The notes under the pieces are model-generated. The model did not search any database. It saw only the letters and a program-made list of their open reading frames with translations, and was not told the DNA's origin. 64,000 nucleotides of DNA from an uncultured bacterium (lineage in GTDB: Bacteria; Bacteroidota; Bacteroidia; Bacteroidales; Muribaculaceae): NCBI GenBank assembly GCA_905214735.1, contig CAJMNI010000001.1, positions 27,504 to 91,503 of the forward strand, written 5' to 3'. A program made the translations under genes and the position numbers. Positions 20,463 through 30,606 of this stretch are shown piece after piece; position 1 is the first letter of the stretch, and each line of letters begins with the position of its first letter.

Positions 20463-21334
20463 TGCTCGATTTCATTTATTGGAACGCCGATCCGATATTC
20501 TTCTCCCTTGGCCCGCTGCAGGTGAGATGGTATGGCCTGGCTTTCGCCATCGGCTTTATCGTGGGATATTCGATCGTTTCGAAGATGTTCAAACATGAGG
20601 GAGCGCCCGAGCAATGGCTCGGCGTTCTCCTCTGTTATGTGGTGGTGGCCACGATCGTTGGCGCCCGCCTCGGACATGTCTTCTTCTACGACTGGGACTA
20701 CTATTCGCAGCATCCCGCCGACATCCTGAAGATATGGGAAGGCGGACTGGCGAGCCATGGCGGCACCATCGCCATCATCATCGCCCTCTTCATTTTCTCC
20801 CGGTGCGTGACGAAGAAACCGGCCTCGTGGGTGTTCGACAAGATTGTCGTGGCGATAGCCCTCGTGGGGTGTCTGATCCGCCTCGGCAACCTGATGAACA
20901 GCGAGATCTACGGCTCGGTCACCGACCTTCCCTGGGGATTCGTTTTCCTCCGCAACGGCGACACGCTTCCCTCCCATCCTACGCAGATTTACGAGGCAGG
21001 CTGCTATCTGATCCTTTTCGTGGTGCTGATGTGGATGTACTGGAAGAAAAATCTTCAGGAACGCCCCTGGCTTCTCACGGGAGTCTTCTTCATCGGCATT
21101 TTCCTGCCCCGTTTCCTCATCGAATATGTGAAAAACGTGCAAGAGCCCTGGGAAATCGACATGATTGCCCGTTGCGGCATGAACATGGGCCAGGCGCTGA
21201 GCCTTCCCTTCATCGCGCTGGGAATCTTCCTTGTGGTCTGGGCCATGACCCATCCGCGCAAGCACTTTGAATTCCCCAACCGCTTCGCCGACGAAGATAA
21301 AACCAAAGGAAAGAAGGAGTCCAACCGCAAGTAA
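20462..21334 (+). CDS. lgt: Prolipoprotein diacylglyceryl transferase
   Basis: Polytopic membrane protein with the Lgt signature region (GGLASHGG) and WYGLAF. Its start overlaps the ackA stop. Confidence 0.9.
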   Translation: MLDFIYWNADPIFFSLGPLQVRWYGLAFAIGFIVGYSIVSKMFKHEGAPEQWLGVLLCYVVVATIVGARLGHVFFYDWDYYSQHPADILKIWEGGLASHGGTIAIIIALFIFSRCVTKKPASWVFDKIVVAIALVGCLIRLGNLMNSEIYGSVTDLPWGFVFLRNGDTLPSHPTQIYEAGCYLILFVVLMWMYWKKNLQERPWLLTGVFFIGIFLPRFLIEYVKNVQEPWEIDMIARCGMNMGQALSLPFIALGIFLVVWAMTHPRKHFEFPNRFADEDKTKGKKESNRK

Positions 21335-21351
21335 CCCTCCCCAACAAACGC

Positions 21352-21400
21352 AAAAAAAGCATCTGCCACCGGAGCAAACCTCCGCAGGCAGATGCTTTTT
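21352..21400. terminator. Bidirectional terminator between convergent lgt and sufS (A7-GCATCTGCC...GGCAGATGC-T5)
   Basis: 9-bp stem with a structured loop, flanked by A-run and T-run. Confidence 0.75.
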
Positions 21401-21419
21401 ATGACTTACAGGCTACGTT

Positions 21420-22643
21420 TCAGAACATGGCGAGGACGCGGCGGAGGGCGGCGAGGAAGGCGTCGCATTCCTCCATGGTGTTGTAGACGGCGAAGGAGGC
21501 GCGAACCGTACCCGGCACTCCGAGACGTTCCATGAGCGGCTGGGCGCAGTGATGGCCTGTGCGCGTGGCTATGCCGAGACGGTCGAGTAGCAATCCGAGG
21601 TCGTAGTTGTGGATGTCGCCGACATTGAAACTTATTACTCCCGACTTACGGGGAGCCTCGCCATAGATCTTCATGCCGGGAATCTCGAGAAGCTGCTCGG
21701 TGGTGTAACGCATCAGCTCCTCCTCATGGGACGCGATATTCTCAATTCCAATTCGCGAAATAAAATCGAAGGCCTTGTCGAAAGCCGCTATGTCGACAAA
21801 ATCGGGGGTACCGGCCTCAAACTTGAAAGGAAGATCGGCGAAAGTCGTTCCCGAAAACGAGACATGCTTGATCATCTCGCCGCCACCCTGATAGGGAGGC
21901 ATCTTTTCCAGCAGCTCGCGACGTCCGTAAAGCACGCCCACGCCAGCCGGGCCATACATCTTATGCGACGAGAAGGCATAAAAATCACAACCGAGATCCT
22001 GCACGTCGACTTTCAGATGAGGAGCACCCTGCGCACCGTCGATGAGCGTCGGCACCCCATGGCTGCGGGCGATTTCAACCATTTCGCGAACCGGATTGAT
22101 CGTGCCCAGCACGTTGCTCACATGGCAGAAAGCGGCCAGCCGAGTACGGTCGTTGAAAAGCGAGCGGTATTGATCGATGTCGAGCACACCGCGGTCGTCG
22201 ATATCCACCACGCGGATCACGATCCCCTTGCGGTTCTGAAGCAGTTGCCAGGGCACGATGTTGGCATGATGCTCCATCACGGTCAGGATCACCTCGTCCC
22301 CCTCGCTGAGCAATTCGCCGAATGAAGAGGCCACGAGATTGATAGCTTCGGTCGTGCCCCGGGTGAAGATAATCTCCTCGGGCGACGGGGCGTTGACATA
22401 TTCCGCCACGCGGCGCCTGGTGCGCTCCTGCATGTCGGTGGCCTCCTGAGAGAGCGCGTGGACGCCGCGATGCACGTTCGCCTTCCGCTTCTCATACATC
22501 CCGACCACAGCCTCCACCACCTCGCGGGGAGTTTCCGACGTGGCGGCGTTGTCGAGATAAACGAGCGGATATTTCTCGTGGACTTTCCGCTTAAGAATCG
22601 GAAATTCGCAGCGGATTTCCTCTATTTCATCATGTGTCAGCAT
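21420..22643 (-). CDS. sufS: Cysteine desulfurase SufS (class V aminotransferase)
   Basis: 407 aa. PLP-lysine region SSHKMYGPAGVGVLYG and C-terminal RTGHHCAQP active-site Cys loop. Confidence 0.9.
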   Translation of the reverse strand: MLTHDEIEEIRCEFPILKRKVHEKYPLVYLDNAATSETPREVVEAVVGMYEKRKANVHRGVHALSQEATDMQERTRRRVAEYVNAPSPEEIIFTRGTTEAINLVASSFGELLSEGDEVILTVMEHHANIVPWQLLQNRKGIVIRVVDIDDRGVLDIDQYRSLFNDRTRLAAFCHVSNVLGTINPVREMVEIARSHGVPTLIDGAQGAPHLKVDVQDLGCDFYAFSSHKMYGPAGVGVLYGRRELLEKMPPYQGGGEMIKHVSFSGTTFADLPFKFEAGTPDFVDIAAFDKAFDFISRIGIENIASHEEELMRYTTEQLLEIPGMKIYGEAPRKSGVISFNVGDIHNYDLGLLLDRLGIATRTGHHCAQPLMERLGVPGTVRASFAVYNTMEECDAFLAALRRVLAMF

Positions 22644-22649
22644 TGGGGC

Positions 22650-24011
22650 TTATTTTAGGTTGTCGCAGTTGCGGCATGAGGCGCAGGCCGAGGAGGCTCC
22701 GGCATAGCGGCGTTCCACAAGGATGTGAAGCCTGTCGCGCAGCGCCGGCACTGCGATGGAGTCGATCACGTCGGCCATAAAGGCCTGACGGAGCATAAGG
22801 CGGGCGGTCGCCTCGGAAAGTCCGCGCGTCCGCATGTAAAACAGCTGCATCTCGTCGAGCTGGCCGATGGCCGCCCCATGACTGCACTTCACGTCGTCGT
22901 TGTAGATCTCGAGCACAGGCTTGGTATAGATCCGAGCCTCGTTTCCGCTCACGAGATTGCGGTTGGCCTGATAAGCCTCCGTCTGCACCGATCCCTCGGC
23001 CACGTAGATCTTGCCCGAGAAAGCGGCCGTGGAACGGTCGTCGACCGTATATTTGAAAAGCTCGTTGCTGTGGCAGCGCGGCGAGTCATGGCTTATCCTC
23101 GAATAAGTCGAGAGGGTGCGGTCTTCATCCTCGATGCCCATGCCCGAGAGACGCAGCGAGGCATGCTCGCCGGCAAAGCGGCTGTAGAACTCGTTGCGGG
23201 TGGTGCCGTTATAGAGCGTCATCGAGTTGATCGTGACGTCGCTCCCCTCCTCCTGACGGAGCCAGAGGGTCGAGAGCCGCGAGGTCTTCGCCGTCGACTC
23301 CTCGAGGTCGTAATAGCCGAGACGCGAGTTGCGGCCGGCAAACATCTCGATGGTCTGCAGCGCGAGGAACTGAATATCGTCGATCTGCGTGTGGTCGCAA
23401 GCAATAAGCTGCACTTCGGCATCCTCTTCCACAATCACAAGCAGACGGCGCACTGCCATCAGCGGCATTCCGTTGGAGAGGATGTTGACCAGCTGCAGAG
23501 GCTGCTTGATGCGGACTCCACGGTTCACGCGCAGATACATGCCGTCTTGTGCAAAAAGGGTGTCGAGCGCCACCAGAGGATTCTCGATATCGGCCAGGCG
23601 GCCGTAATAGCGGGACACTTCCTCCGGATTTTCGAGAGCCCATTTGCGAAGGCTCCCGACTTCCACGCCATCGGGAAGATCGAGGCGGCGGCCCGTCTCA
23701 GCTACGGCAAACGTGTCGTTGACGCTCAGAAATGGTTCCGACGAAAGCACCGGCACATCGCAGCGGAAAGTAACGGCGGGATTCACGTCGATGTTCAGGC
23801 GGTCGAGATTCAGTCCGAAATCGGGCGAGATAATCGCGGCGAGGTCGATGTTCTCGAAATCCTCGCTTCCCTTTTTGGGAAGGCCTTTACGCTCCAGCAC
23901 CTCGAGGGCCCGTTCGCGCAGAGCGTTGAGCGGAGCCGCGCTGCCGCCGCATATCAGGTCGCGGTGGTTGCGGTAAAGGTCAAGATATTGTTTCAGCTCC
24001 TCCATAATCAT
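22650..24011 (-). CDS. sufD: Fe-S cluster assembly protein SufD
   Basis: C-terminal TKPVLEIYNDDVKCSHGAAIGQLDEMQLFYMRTRGL matches the E. coli SufD C-terminal motif (not SufB). Confidence 0.88.
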   Translation of the reverse strand: MIMEELKQYLDLYRNHRDLICGGSAAPLNALRERALEVLERKGLPKKGSEDFENIDLAAIISPDFGLNLDRLNIDVNPAVTFRCDVPVLSSEPFLSVNDTFAVAETGRRLDLPDGVEVGSLRKWALENPEEVSRYYGRLADIENPLVALDTLFAQDGMYLRVNRGVRIKQPLQLVNILSNGMPLMAVRRLLVIVEEDAEVQLIACDHTQIDDIQFLALQTIEMFAGRNSRLGYYDLEESTAKTSRLSTLWLRQEEGSDVTINSMTLYNGTTRNEFYSRFAGEHASLRLSGMGIEDEDRTLSTYSRISHDSPRCHSNELFKYTVDDRSTAAFSGKIYVAEGSVQTEAYQANRNLVSGNEARIYTKPVLEIYNDDVKCSHGAAIGQLDEMQLFYMRTRGLSEATARLMLRQAFMADVIDSIAVPALRDRLHILVERRYAGASSACASCRNCDNLK

Positions 24012-24793
24012 TTGCCGTTAGCTTCCAGAGCCGCGCGGTCGGCGGCGTCAACCTCCTCTTTGATCCAGTCGTAGCCGCGCTCCTCGAGTTCGAGGGCCAG
24101 ATCGGGGCCTCCCGTGCGGACAATGCGTCCTTTGTAGAGGATATGCACGAAATCAGGCTTGATATAGTCGAGCAGGCGCTGATAGTGGGTGATGACTATG
24201 GTGGCGTTTTTCTCAGTTTTCAGCTTGTTGACGCCACCGGCCACAATGCGCAGGGCGTCGATGTCGAGTCCGGAATCGGTCTCGTCGAGAATAGACAGCT
24301 TCGGCTCGAGCACAGCCATCTGGAAAATCTCGTTGCGTTTCTTCTCGCCGCCGGAGAATCCTTCGTTGACCGAACGCGATGCGAGCTTGTTGTCGAGTTC
24401 GACCACTGCCCTCTTCTCGCGCATCATCTTCAGGAACTCGGTGGCCGTCAGCGGCGGCTGATGGAAATATTCCCTCTTGGCGTTGATGGCGGCGCGCATG
24501 AAGTTGACCATCGAGACTCCCGGAATTTCAACCGGATACTGGAATCCGAGGAAAAGTCCCTCGTGGCTCCTTATTTCCGGAGGAAGCGAAAGAAGGTCTT
24601 TGCCGCAGAATTCCACCTTCCCGCCCGTTACGGTATAGGCCGGATTTCCCGCGAGAACCATCGACAGAGTGGACTTGCCCGATCCGTTCGGACCCATTAT
24701 GGCGTGGACCTCGCCCGGATTCACTTCGAGATTGATGCCGCGCAATATTTCACGGCCGTTGATTTCGGCATGCAGATCGCTGACTTTTAACAT
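24008..24793 (-). CDS. sufC: Fe-S cluster assembly ATPase SufC
   Basis: Walker A GPNGSGKST, ABC signature LSGGEKKR, Walker B LSILDETDSGLD. Confidence 0.95.
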   Translation of the reverse strand: MLKVSDLHAEINGREILRGINLEVNPGEVHAIMGPNGSGKSTLSMVLAGNPAYTVTGGKVEFCGKDLLSLPPEIRSHEGLFLGFQYPVEIPGVSMVNFMRAAINAKREYFHQPPLTATEFLKMMREKRAVVELDNKLASRSVNEGFSGGEKKRNEIFQMAVLEPKLSILDETDSGLDIDALRIVAGGVNKLKTEKNATIVITHYQRLLDYIKPDFVHILYKGRIVRTGGPDLALELEERGYDWIKEEVDAADRAALEANGK

Positions 24794-24892
24794 AATATGC
24801 TGTGGATGCTGTTATTTCTTGGTATGATTCTTCAGTTGAAACACCCGAAGAGGCGTTTCAACCTGCAAAGTTAACAAAATTTCACTGAATCT

Positions 24893-25489
24893 TCAACACT
24901 TTATTCCGTCTCGCGCGTCTTCTCGCACGTCTCGCGCGGACTGGTTGGCCGATATCTTACGGGCTTCCTGCAGCTGGACTTCGTGGGCGAATTCCTCGGC
25001 CGATTCCGAGCCGGTAAGCGCCGGAGCGACAAGCAGAACACCCTCCACTATGTTGCCGTCGTCCGACTTCACGCAGCGCAACATGCTGTCGGGATGAATG
25101 GCAAGGATAAGATTATAGGCAAACGACAGAAAGATAAGCATCCGGAAAATGCCGAGCACGGCTCCGAAGATGTTGTCGAGGATGCTGTGAGGGAGCCGTC
25201 CGAGCACCTTGCCGATAAAGTAGGTGACGGCCGTAAAGACAAGATATACCGCCGCAAACACGAATCCCGCAGCAAGGGTGGTATAAAAATAATTCTCCGA
25301 AACGCTGCCGCAGCGGCCCGGATAGACCTCGCGCAACATTTCGGAAAAAGGAAGCATGAAAATTCTGGCGCATACCAGGCCGAGAGCCAGTCCGATTATC
25401 ACCGGCACCCGACGGGCCACTCCGCGCCGGAATCCCACTACAGCCGAGAAGGCCAGAGCCAAAAGCGCTATTATATGGTAAATCAGCAT
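24893..25489 (-). CDS. cvpA: CvpA-family membrane protein
   Basis: 198 aa with four TM segments. Resembles colicin V production protein family. Confidence 0.7.
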   Translation of the reverse strand: MLIYHIIALLALAFSAVVGFRRGVARRVPVIIGLALGLVCARIFMLPFSEMLREVYPGRCGSVSENYFYTTLAAGFVFAAVYLVFTAVTYFIGKVLGRLPHSILDNIFGAVLGIFRMLIFLSFAYNLILAIHPDSMLRCVKSDDGNIVEGVLLVAPALTGSESAEEFAHEVQLQEARKISANQSARDVREDARDGIKC

Positions 25490-25491
25490 CT

Positions 25492-25992
25492 TCAGCTTTC
25501 TTCCGCGCCGTTCTTATAAATCAGCGCCACAGCCATTGCCGATATACCCTCCTCGCGCCCTTCGAAACCGAGGCGCTCGGTGGTGGTGGCCTTCACGGAA
25601 ACCTGATCCTCAGCCACTCCCATCGTTTCTGCAAGGCGGCTTATCATCTCGGGAATATGGGGAGAGAGTTTCGGCCGCTGGGCGCAGATGGTCAGATCAA
25701 CATTGGAGATTTCCCAGCCGGCGCCGCGCAGCATCGCGCAGACTTTGCGCAGAAGGATGCGGCTGTCGATGTTTTCGAATTCGCCGGCCGTGTCGGGGAA
25801 ATGATACCCGATGTCGCGCATCGCAGCCGCCCCGAGCAAAGCATCGCAGAGGGCATGGATCGCCACGTCGGCGTCGCTATGGCCCAAAAGTCCGAGCGTA
25901 TGCCCGATCTTCACGCCTCCGAGCACGAGTTCGCGCCCTTCCACAAGCCTGTGAACATCATACCCTTGACCCACTCTGAACATGCATCCCAT
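25492..25992 (-). CDS. ispF: 2-C-methyl-D-erythritol 2,4-cyclodiphosphate synthase
   Basis: GQGYDVHRL...GHSDADV...H motif set. Start is likely an internal ATG (25992 or 25983), not the ORF-track start at 26052, which would overlap porV. Confidence 0.9.
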   Translation of the reverse strand: MGCMFRVGQGYDVHRLVEGRELVLGGVKIGHTLGLLGHSDADVAIHALCDALLGAAAMRDIGYHFPDTAGEFENIDSRILLRKVCAMLRGAGWEISNVDLTICAQRPKLSPHIPEMISRLAETMGVAEDQVSVKATTTERLGFEGREEGISAMAVALIYKNGAEES

Positions 25993-26014
25993 AGCGTATT
26001 CTCCGGGTTTATTA

Positions 26015-27241
26015 TTATTTACGGCGCTTGCCGAGAAGGTCGCGCAGGCCATCCATATCGAACGTCAGCGTGAAACGCAGCGTCTGGTCGAGCGGCGAGC
26101 TCTGGGCCGTGGCCAGCATATAGGAGGCGTCGAGCTGAACCACATTCAGCGAAAAACCGGCTCCGAAAGCGAAATAACTTCGGCCGCCCTTGTTGGGGTG
26201 CTCGTAGTTATAGCCGGCGCGAACCATAAACTGCTGGTTGTAATTGTATTCGGCGCCAAACGACCATGCAATCTCCTGAAGCTCCTCCTTGAAACCGCCG
26301 GGGGCGTCGTTGAAGCTCTTGAAGATACCGGTGATCGGCGACATTTCGTTCCATTTGTCGAACGCCTCGTCATATTCAGCCTGTCCTTCAGCCGTCTCCA
26401 TGTCATAATCTTTCTGACGCGGTTTGGTCGGCACGAGAAGCTTGTTGAGGTCAAGTCCGAACGCCAAAGTGTGATAATCGGCCAGAGGGAACATGAAATT
26501 GGCTCCCAACTTTAAATTCGTCGGCAGGAAGAAGTTGTTGGTTCCGCCGTCGTAGCTGACTTTCGTACCGACATTGGAGATATTGAAGCCCCAGGAGAAC
26601 TGGCACTCGTTGCGGCCGATCATCGGGAACGTGGTGAAATATCCGGCGAGGTCGACGGAGAAGGCATTGGCCGCCTTGTTCTGCTCGCCCGAGCTCGTGT
26701 CGGTAAACGACAGGTCGGAAAGGATATAACGGAGCACGACTCCCATCGAGAATTTCTCCGAAAGCTTGCGGGAATAGCCGACGTCGAAAGCAAATTCATA
26801 GGGATTGATTGTCTGCACGTTCGAGCCGACATCGTCATATCCGCTCGTGTTCACCTCGCCGAGCGAGAAATAGCGGAACGAAGCCGATATGGCCTGATTG
26901 TCGCCGCTGCCGAGTTTCCAGTAGCCGGATAGATTGGCCAGGAAGATATCGTTGACGATTTTGCGCAACCAGGGGGTGTAGCTTAACGACAGGCCGCCGG
27001 TGGAATATGCGAAGGCATATTTCGACGGGTTCCAGTATTGCGAGTTCATATCCGGATCGGTGGCGGCGCCGAGGTTACCCATCGAGCTGCCTCGGGCGTC
27101 GGGCGCGATGCTCAGTGTCGTCACACCGGTGTTGACAGGGTTGAACTCATTGTCCTTGATGTCGTCGTCGGCGAAAGCTGCAGAAGCCATCCCGGCGAGC
27201 AGACAACAGGAAATTATGTGCTTCATATTCATTAGCTTCAT
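26015..27241 (-). CDS. porV: Outer-membrane beta-barrel protein, probable T9SS PorV (LptO) family
   Basis: 408 aa with signal peptide and aromatic-rich beta-strand periodicity. Immediately follows the PorU-like C25 peptidase gene, as in the conserved porU-porV pair. Confidence 0.65.
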   Translation of the reverse strand: MKLMNMKHIISCCLLAGMASAAFADDDIKDNEFNPVNTGVTTLSIAPDARGSSMGNLGAATDPDMNSQYWNPSKYAFAYSTGGLSLSYTPWLRKIVNDIFLANLSGYWKLGSGDNQAISASFRYFSLGEVNTSGYDDVGSNVQTINPYEFAFDVGYSRKLSEKFSMGVVLRYILSDLSFTDTSSGEQNKAANAFSVDLAGYFTTFPMIGRNECQFSWGFNISNVGTKVSYDGGTNNFFLPTNLKLGANFMFPLADYHTLAFGLDLNKLLVPTKPRQKDYDMETAEGQAEYDEAFDKWNEMSPITGIFKSFNDAPGGFKEELQEIAWSFGAEYNYNQQFMVRAGYNYEHPNKGGRSYFAFGAGFSLNVVQLDASYMLATAQSSPLDQTLRFTLTFDMDGLRDLLGKRRK

Positions 27242-27282
27242 TCTATTGAGCCTATATTTCTATTCTTGAAAGGTAAGGAACA

Positions 27283-30200
27283 TCAGTCGATTACGCTGAA
27301 TTCCACCCAGTTGCTGTAATATTTCGATCCGAGTTCCGATTCATGGACCACAGCGGCGCGATATGTCCCGACCTCCAGATCGTCGGTGGCGATATAGATG
27401 TCGGAATCTGCCGGCACACTCTTCACGCGTTCCCCGTCGGCACCGATAACAACCACCGTCAGCCCCTCCGGAGCTTTCCCGGCAAGTTTCAGGCTGATTC
27501 CCTCAATGGCGAGATGAGAGTCGGCGCTGAGAACAAGCTTGGCGATATCGTTCTTGGTGAACGTGAATTCCACCTCTTCCGAGACATTCCCGGCGAGATC
27601 GCGGGCATATCCCTTCACCTTGTGGCTTCCGTTGGCAAGATTGATTGCCGGGATGCTCGCATTGTAGACCGACACCGCGCTACCATGATCGTCAAGACCG
27701 TCGAGTTTCACCGGTTTGCCGTCGATTTCGAGGTATACGCCCTTGTTTTTGCCTACGCCGGGCACAAGGCCGACATTGTCGGTGGCCGTCAGGCTTACGA
27801 TGCCCCTGTCGTTGTCGTATGCAAACTCGAGGCCGGGCAGAATCTCGTCGCGTTCCGCAGCAGGATCGGCTTCAGAGTCTGCGGCTGCCAAAGGAAGTTC
27901 GGCATAACCCGCCGACGAGAGGAATTTCTCGCGGCTGAAGGCGCTCACATAGAGACGGACCATCTTGCCACCCTCAGCCGGTTCGGTAGAATCCATATAC
28001 TTCTCGAAATCTGCCGGAACAGGAATCTGCACCTTGAATTCACCGTTTTTCACATCGGCCTCTACCGATGTGGCATGAACGCTGCGGAAGTCGATATAGA
28101 AGGGGGAGCCGTCGCTATATTTGATATCGATTGAATCGAGGGGAAGAGCCATCTTGACGACAGCCTTGCCATTGTAGGAGGCGTCGAGACTTTTATCGGC
28201 CGCGAGCACCTTGCAGTTGAGCGTAAGCAGGTCGCCGGGCTTGCATTTCTTTGCCTCGCCAAGAGTCACCTCAATTTTTCTCGTGGCCACGGGCACACGG
28301 AGCGCCGGGTCGCCGATAAGGAGATAATTGAGTTCCGAAGGATTGTTGACGTTGCTCTTGGCGCGGCAGAAAACCTGGCCGACAGTTGTCGGTTCGGTTC
28401 TGGGTTTGGGCGAAACGGAGCTGCCGTTCTGATAATAGAGGAAGCGCATGAAGCTCTTGCTGAAATCGAGGTTCCAGTTCGACTGCACTGTGCGCGCCGC
28501 CATAATCGTGCCGATAAAAGCGCGCGGAGAGTCGATCACGCCGGTCTCGCCGATGCCGCGCCAGCCACGGTCGGGATAGGAAAGGTCGCAACCCGCCAGG
28601 AAAAGGAAGCCGAGATTGCGGTTGGTCATGTTGCGCAGCATTGTCGGCGTGGCAAAATCCTGTGATCCGCCGTAAGCCGCCGGACCGGAGTGACCATAAT
28701 ATACATTGAAAATCTTGCCAAGGTCGAGCTCGTCGAAATAGGTCTTCGAAGCCTCAGCTATATCATCATATTCGTCGTTGATGAGGGTATAGTGCATCGG
28801 GCGGCAACCTGCGGTGCGCGACTGGGCCTGCACCAAAAGCATCCTTGCCTGGTCTGCCATATCGTCGTGCAGACGTCCGTCGCCCGGACACCCTATCGAC
28901 AGTGTCTCGTTGGCAAGCCATTCAAAGGAATTTTCATCCATATAGTCGCGGATCTTGCTGACGGCCAGATCGGCCTCACGCTGCGACCTGACGCCGATAT
29001 TACCTATGCCGATTTCCACATTTTTGTTGGAAAGAGCAAAATTGTTGGCAATATAGTCTGTGCATGCTCCGTAATAGTCGAGGTCGGGCGATGCGGCATC
29101 GGTAAGAATCACGCCGGGCTGCTGATATGCGATCATGAAATCGGGACGCTCTGTGCCGAGCACATTGCGCACGTCGGCATATATCGGGCCGAAGAGAAGC
29201 ATGTTCTGCAAGGGGCGGTCCTGCTTCTGATAAAGCATTTTGGCAAAGGCGCGGTAAGCCATCGGGTCGGGCTTGCCGTGGGAGAACTCGTCGTAAAGCT
29301 GCGAGGCTGTCACGACCACCACGTTCATACCGTCGTTCTTGCGGTGAAGCTCGGCGATCTGCTCGGCCTGCTTCAGATATTCCGGCACGGTGACTATGGC
29401 AAAGTCAATACCTTGCCCTTTGAGGGCATGAAGATTGCTGTTTTCAACGACTTTATAATCCGCTCCGATCTGCTTCTGAGGCTTTGCCGGGTCGAAAGTA
29501 ATAAACGTATGGGTTTGATGGCCGTTGGCGAAATATGCCTTACCATCCTCCACATTGAGTTCGACAGGCGCACTGCAGTCGGTGATCTCGAGCACTTTCG
29601 CGCCCTCAGGCACAGCGATATAGCCGTCGGCGCCCGCAGCCACGGAATTGCTTTTCCATATAGCCACTGTCTCCTGCACGAAGTCAGATGTCATTTCAGC
29701 GTTGAACTTCCTGAAATAGTTCAGGATCCAATAATCCACGGCTGCGAAATCGCGCACCTTGAGATTGATCGGTTCGATCACTACCTTCACCTTTCCTTCG
29801 GCAGGAATCTGGCCGAAAGCATAGCTCGTCGACGAACTGAAGCCCGGCGAGTTGTTGTTGCGGTAAATATAGTCGTAATTCGCGCTTCCGTTGCCAAACC
29901 GGATATTGCTGTCGCTGCCGCCGGCTGCCAGATAGGCGCCGACCTCAAGCTTGGCATAGCCAGAAGTGTCGATGAATTTAAGTTCGAGCGGCCATTCATA
30001 GCGGGAAGCGGCCAGCAGGTCTTCTCCCCAGAAAGTCTGTCCTGTGGAAGTATTGTTCTGGCAAAGGTCCTTCTCATGATATGCATAGCTCGTGAGGTCG
30101 GTGCGCTGAGCGGCGGTTTCCGACGCTGTCACGGTGCTCTTCGACATTGTGAGGGGAGAAAGGGCATCAGTCAGGAAATAATAACCTTTATCGGTATATA

Positions 30201-30606
30201 TGTTCAGGTCGCTCCTGACAAATCTTACTTTGTCTACATTATATTCCAGCTGTTCGGGACCCTGAGCATAGAAAAAGAGCTTGCCGTTGCTGTGGATCAC
30301 CGGCACCTGCGGAGGATTATCCTCATAAAGGCGTTCGAAGCGGTTGGTGGTGAAGTCGCGGTTCATCATCAGACCACCTGACCCGACCACGCTGACAGCC
30401 TCCGGATTCGAGAAACCCATTGCAGAGAGCGTGGCATCGTCGATTTCATATATTCCCGATTCGCCGACGGTGATTTTCACCCATTTCCCTGTGGAAAGAA
30501 GTGAATTTTCAGCAAAAACATAATTGTAATAAGAGTTCTGAGCTCCAAAGGCCGAAGAGGCGCTGAGGCACACGGCGGTTGCGAGCAGGGTGAGAAATCT
30601 TTTCAT
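27283..30606 (-). CDS. porU: T9SS C-terminal signal peptidase PorU (peptidase C25, gingipain-like)
   Basis: 1107 aa. C25 His/Cys dyad contexts YYGHSGPAAYGG and LFLAGCDLSYPD. Start overlaps the upstream FAH gene stop (ATGA). Adjacent to porV. Confidence 0.7.
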   Translation of the reverse strand: MKRFLTLLATAVCLSASSAFGAQNSYYNYVFAENSLLSTGKWVKITVGESGIYEIDDATLSAMGFSNPEAVSVVGSGGLMMNRDFTTNRFERLYEDNPPQVPVIHSNGKLFFYAQGPEQLEYNVDKVRFVRSDLNIYTDKGYYFLTDALSPLTMSKSTVTASETAAQRTDLTSYAYHEKDLCQNNTSTGQTFWGEDLLAASRYEWPLELKFIDTSGYAKLEVGAYLAAGGSDSNIRFGNGSANYDYIYRNNNSPGFSSSTSYAFGQIPAEGKVKVVIEPINLKVRDFAAVDYWILNYFRKFNAEMTSDFVQETVAIWKSNSVAAGADGYIAVPEGAKVLEITDCSAPVELNVEDGKAYFANGHQTHTFITFDPAKPQKQIGADYKVVENSNLHALKGQGIDFAIVTVPEYLKQAEQIAELHRKNDGMNVVVVTASQLYDEFSHGKPDPMAYRAFAKMLYQKQDRPLQNMLLFGPIYADVRNVLGTERPDFMIAYQQPGVILTDAASPDLDYYGACTDYIANNFALSNKNVEIGIGNIGVRSQREADLAVSKIRDYMDENSFEWLANETLSIGCPGDGRLHDDMADQARMLLVQAQSRTAGCRPMHYTLINDEYDDIAEASKTYFDELDLGKIFNVYYGHSGPAAYGGSQDFATPTMLRNMTNRNLGFLFLAGCDLSYPDRGWRGIGETGVIDSPRAFIGTIMAARTVQSNWNLDFSKSFMRFLYYQNGSSVSPKPRTEPTTVGQVFCRAKSNVNNPSELNYLLIGDPALRVPVATRKIEVTLGEAKKCKPGDLLTLNCKVLAADKSLDASYNGKAVVKMALPLDSIDIKYSDGSPFYIDFRSVHATSVEADVKNGEFKVQIPVPADFEKYMDSTEPAEGGKMVRLYVSAFSREKFLSSAGYAELPLAAADSEADPAAERDEILPGLEFAYDNDRGIVSLTATDNVGLVPGVGKNKGVYLEIDGKPVKLDGLDDHGSAVSVYNASIPAINLANGSHKVKGYARDLAGNVSEEVEFTFTKNDIAKLVLSADSHLAIEGISLKLAGKAPEGLTVVVIGADGERVKSVPADSDIYIATDDLEVGTYRAAVVHESELGSKYYSNWVEFSVID

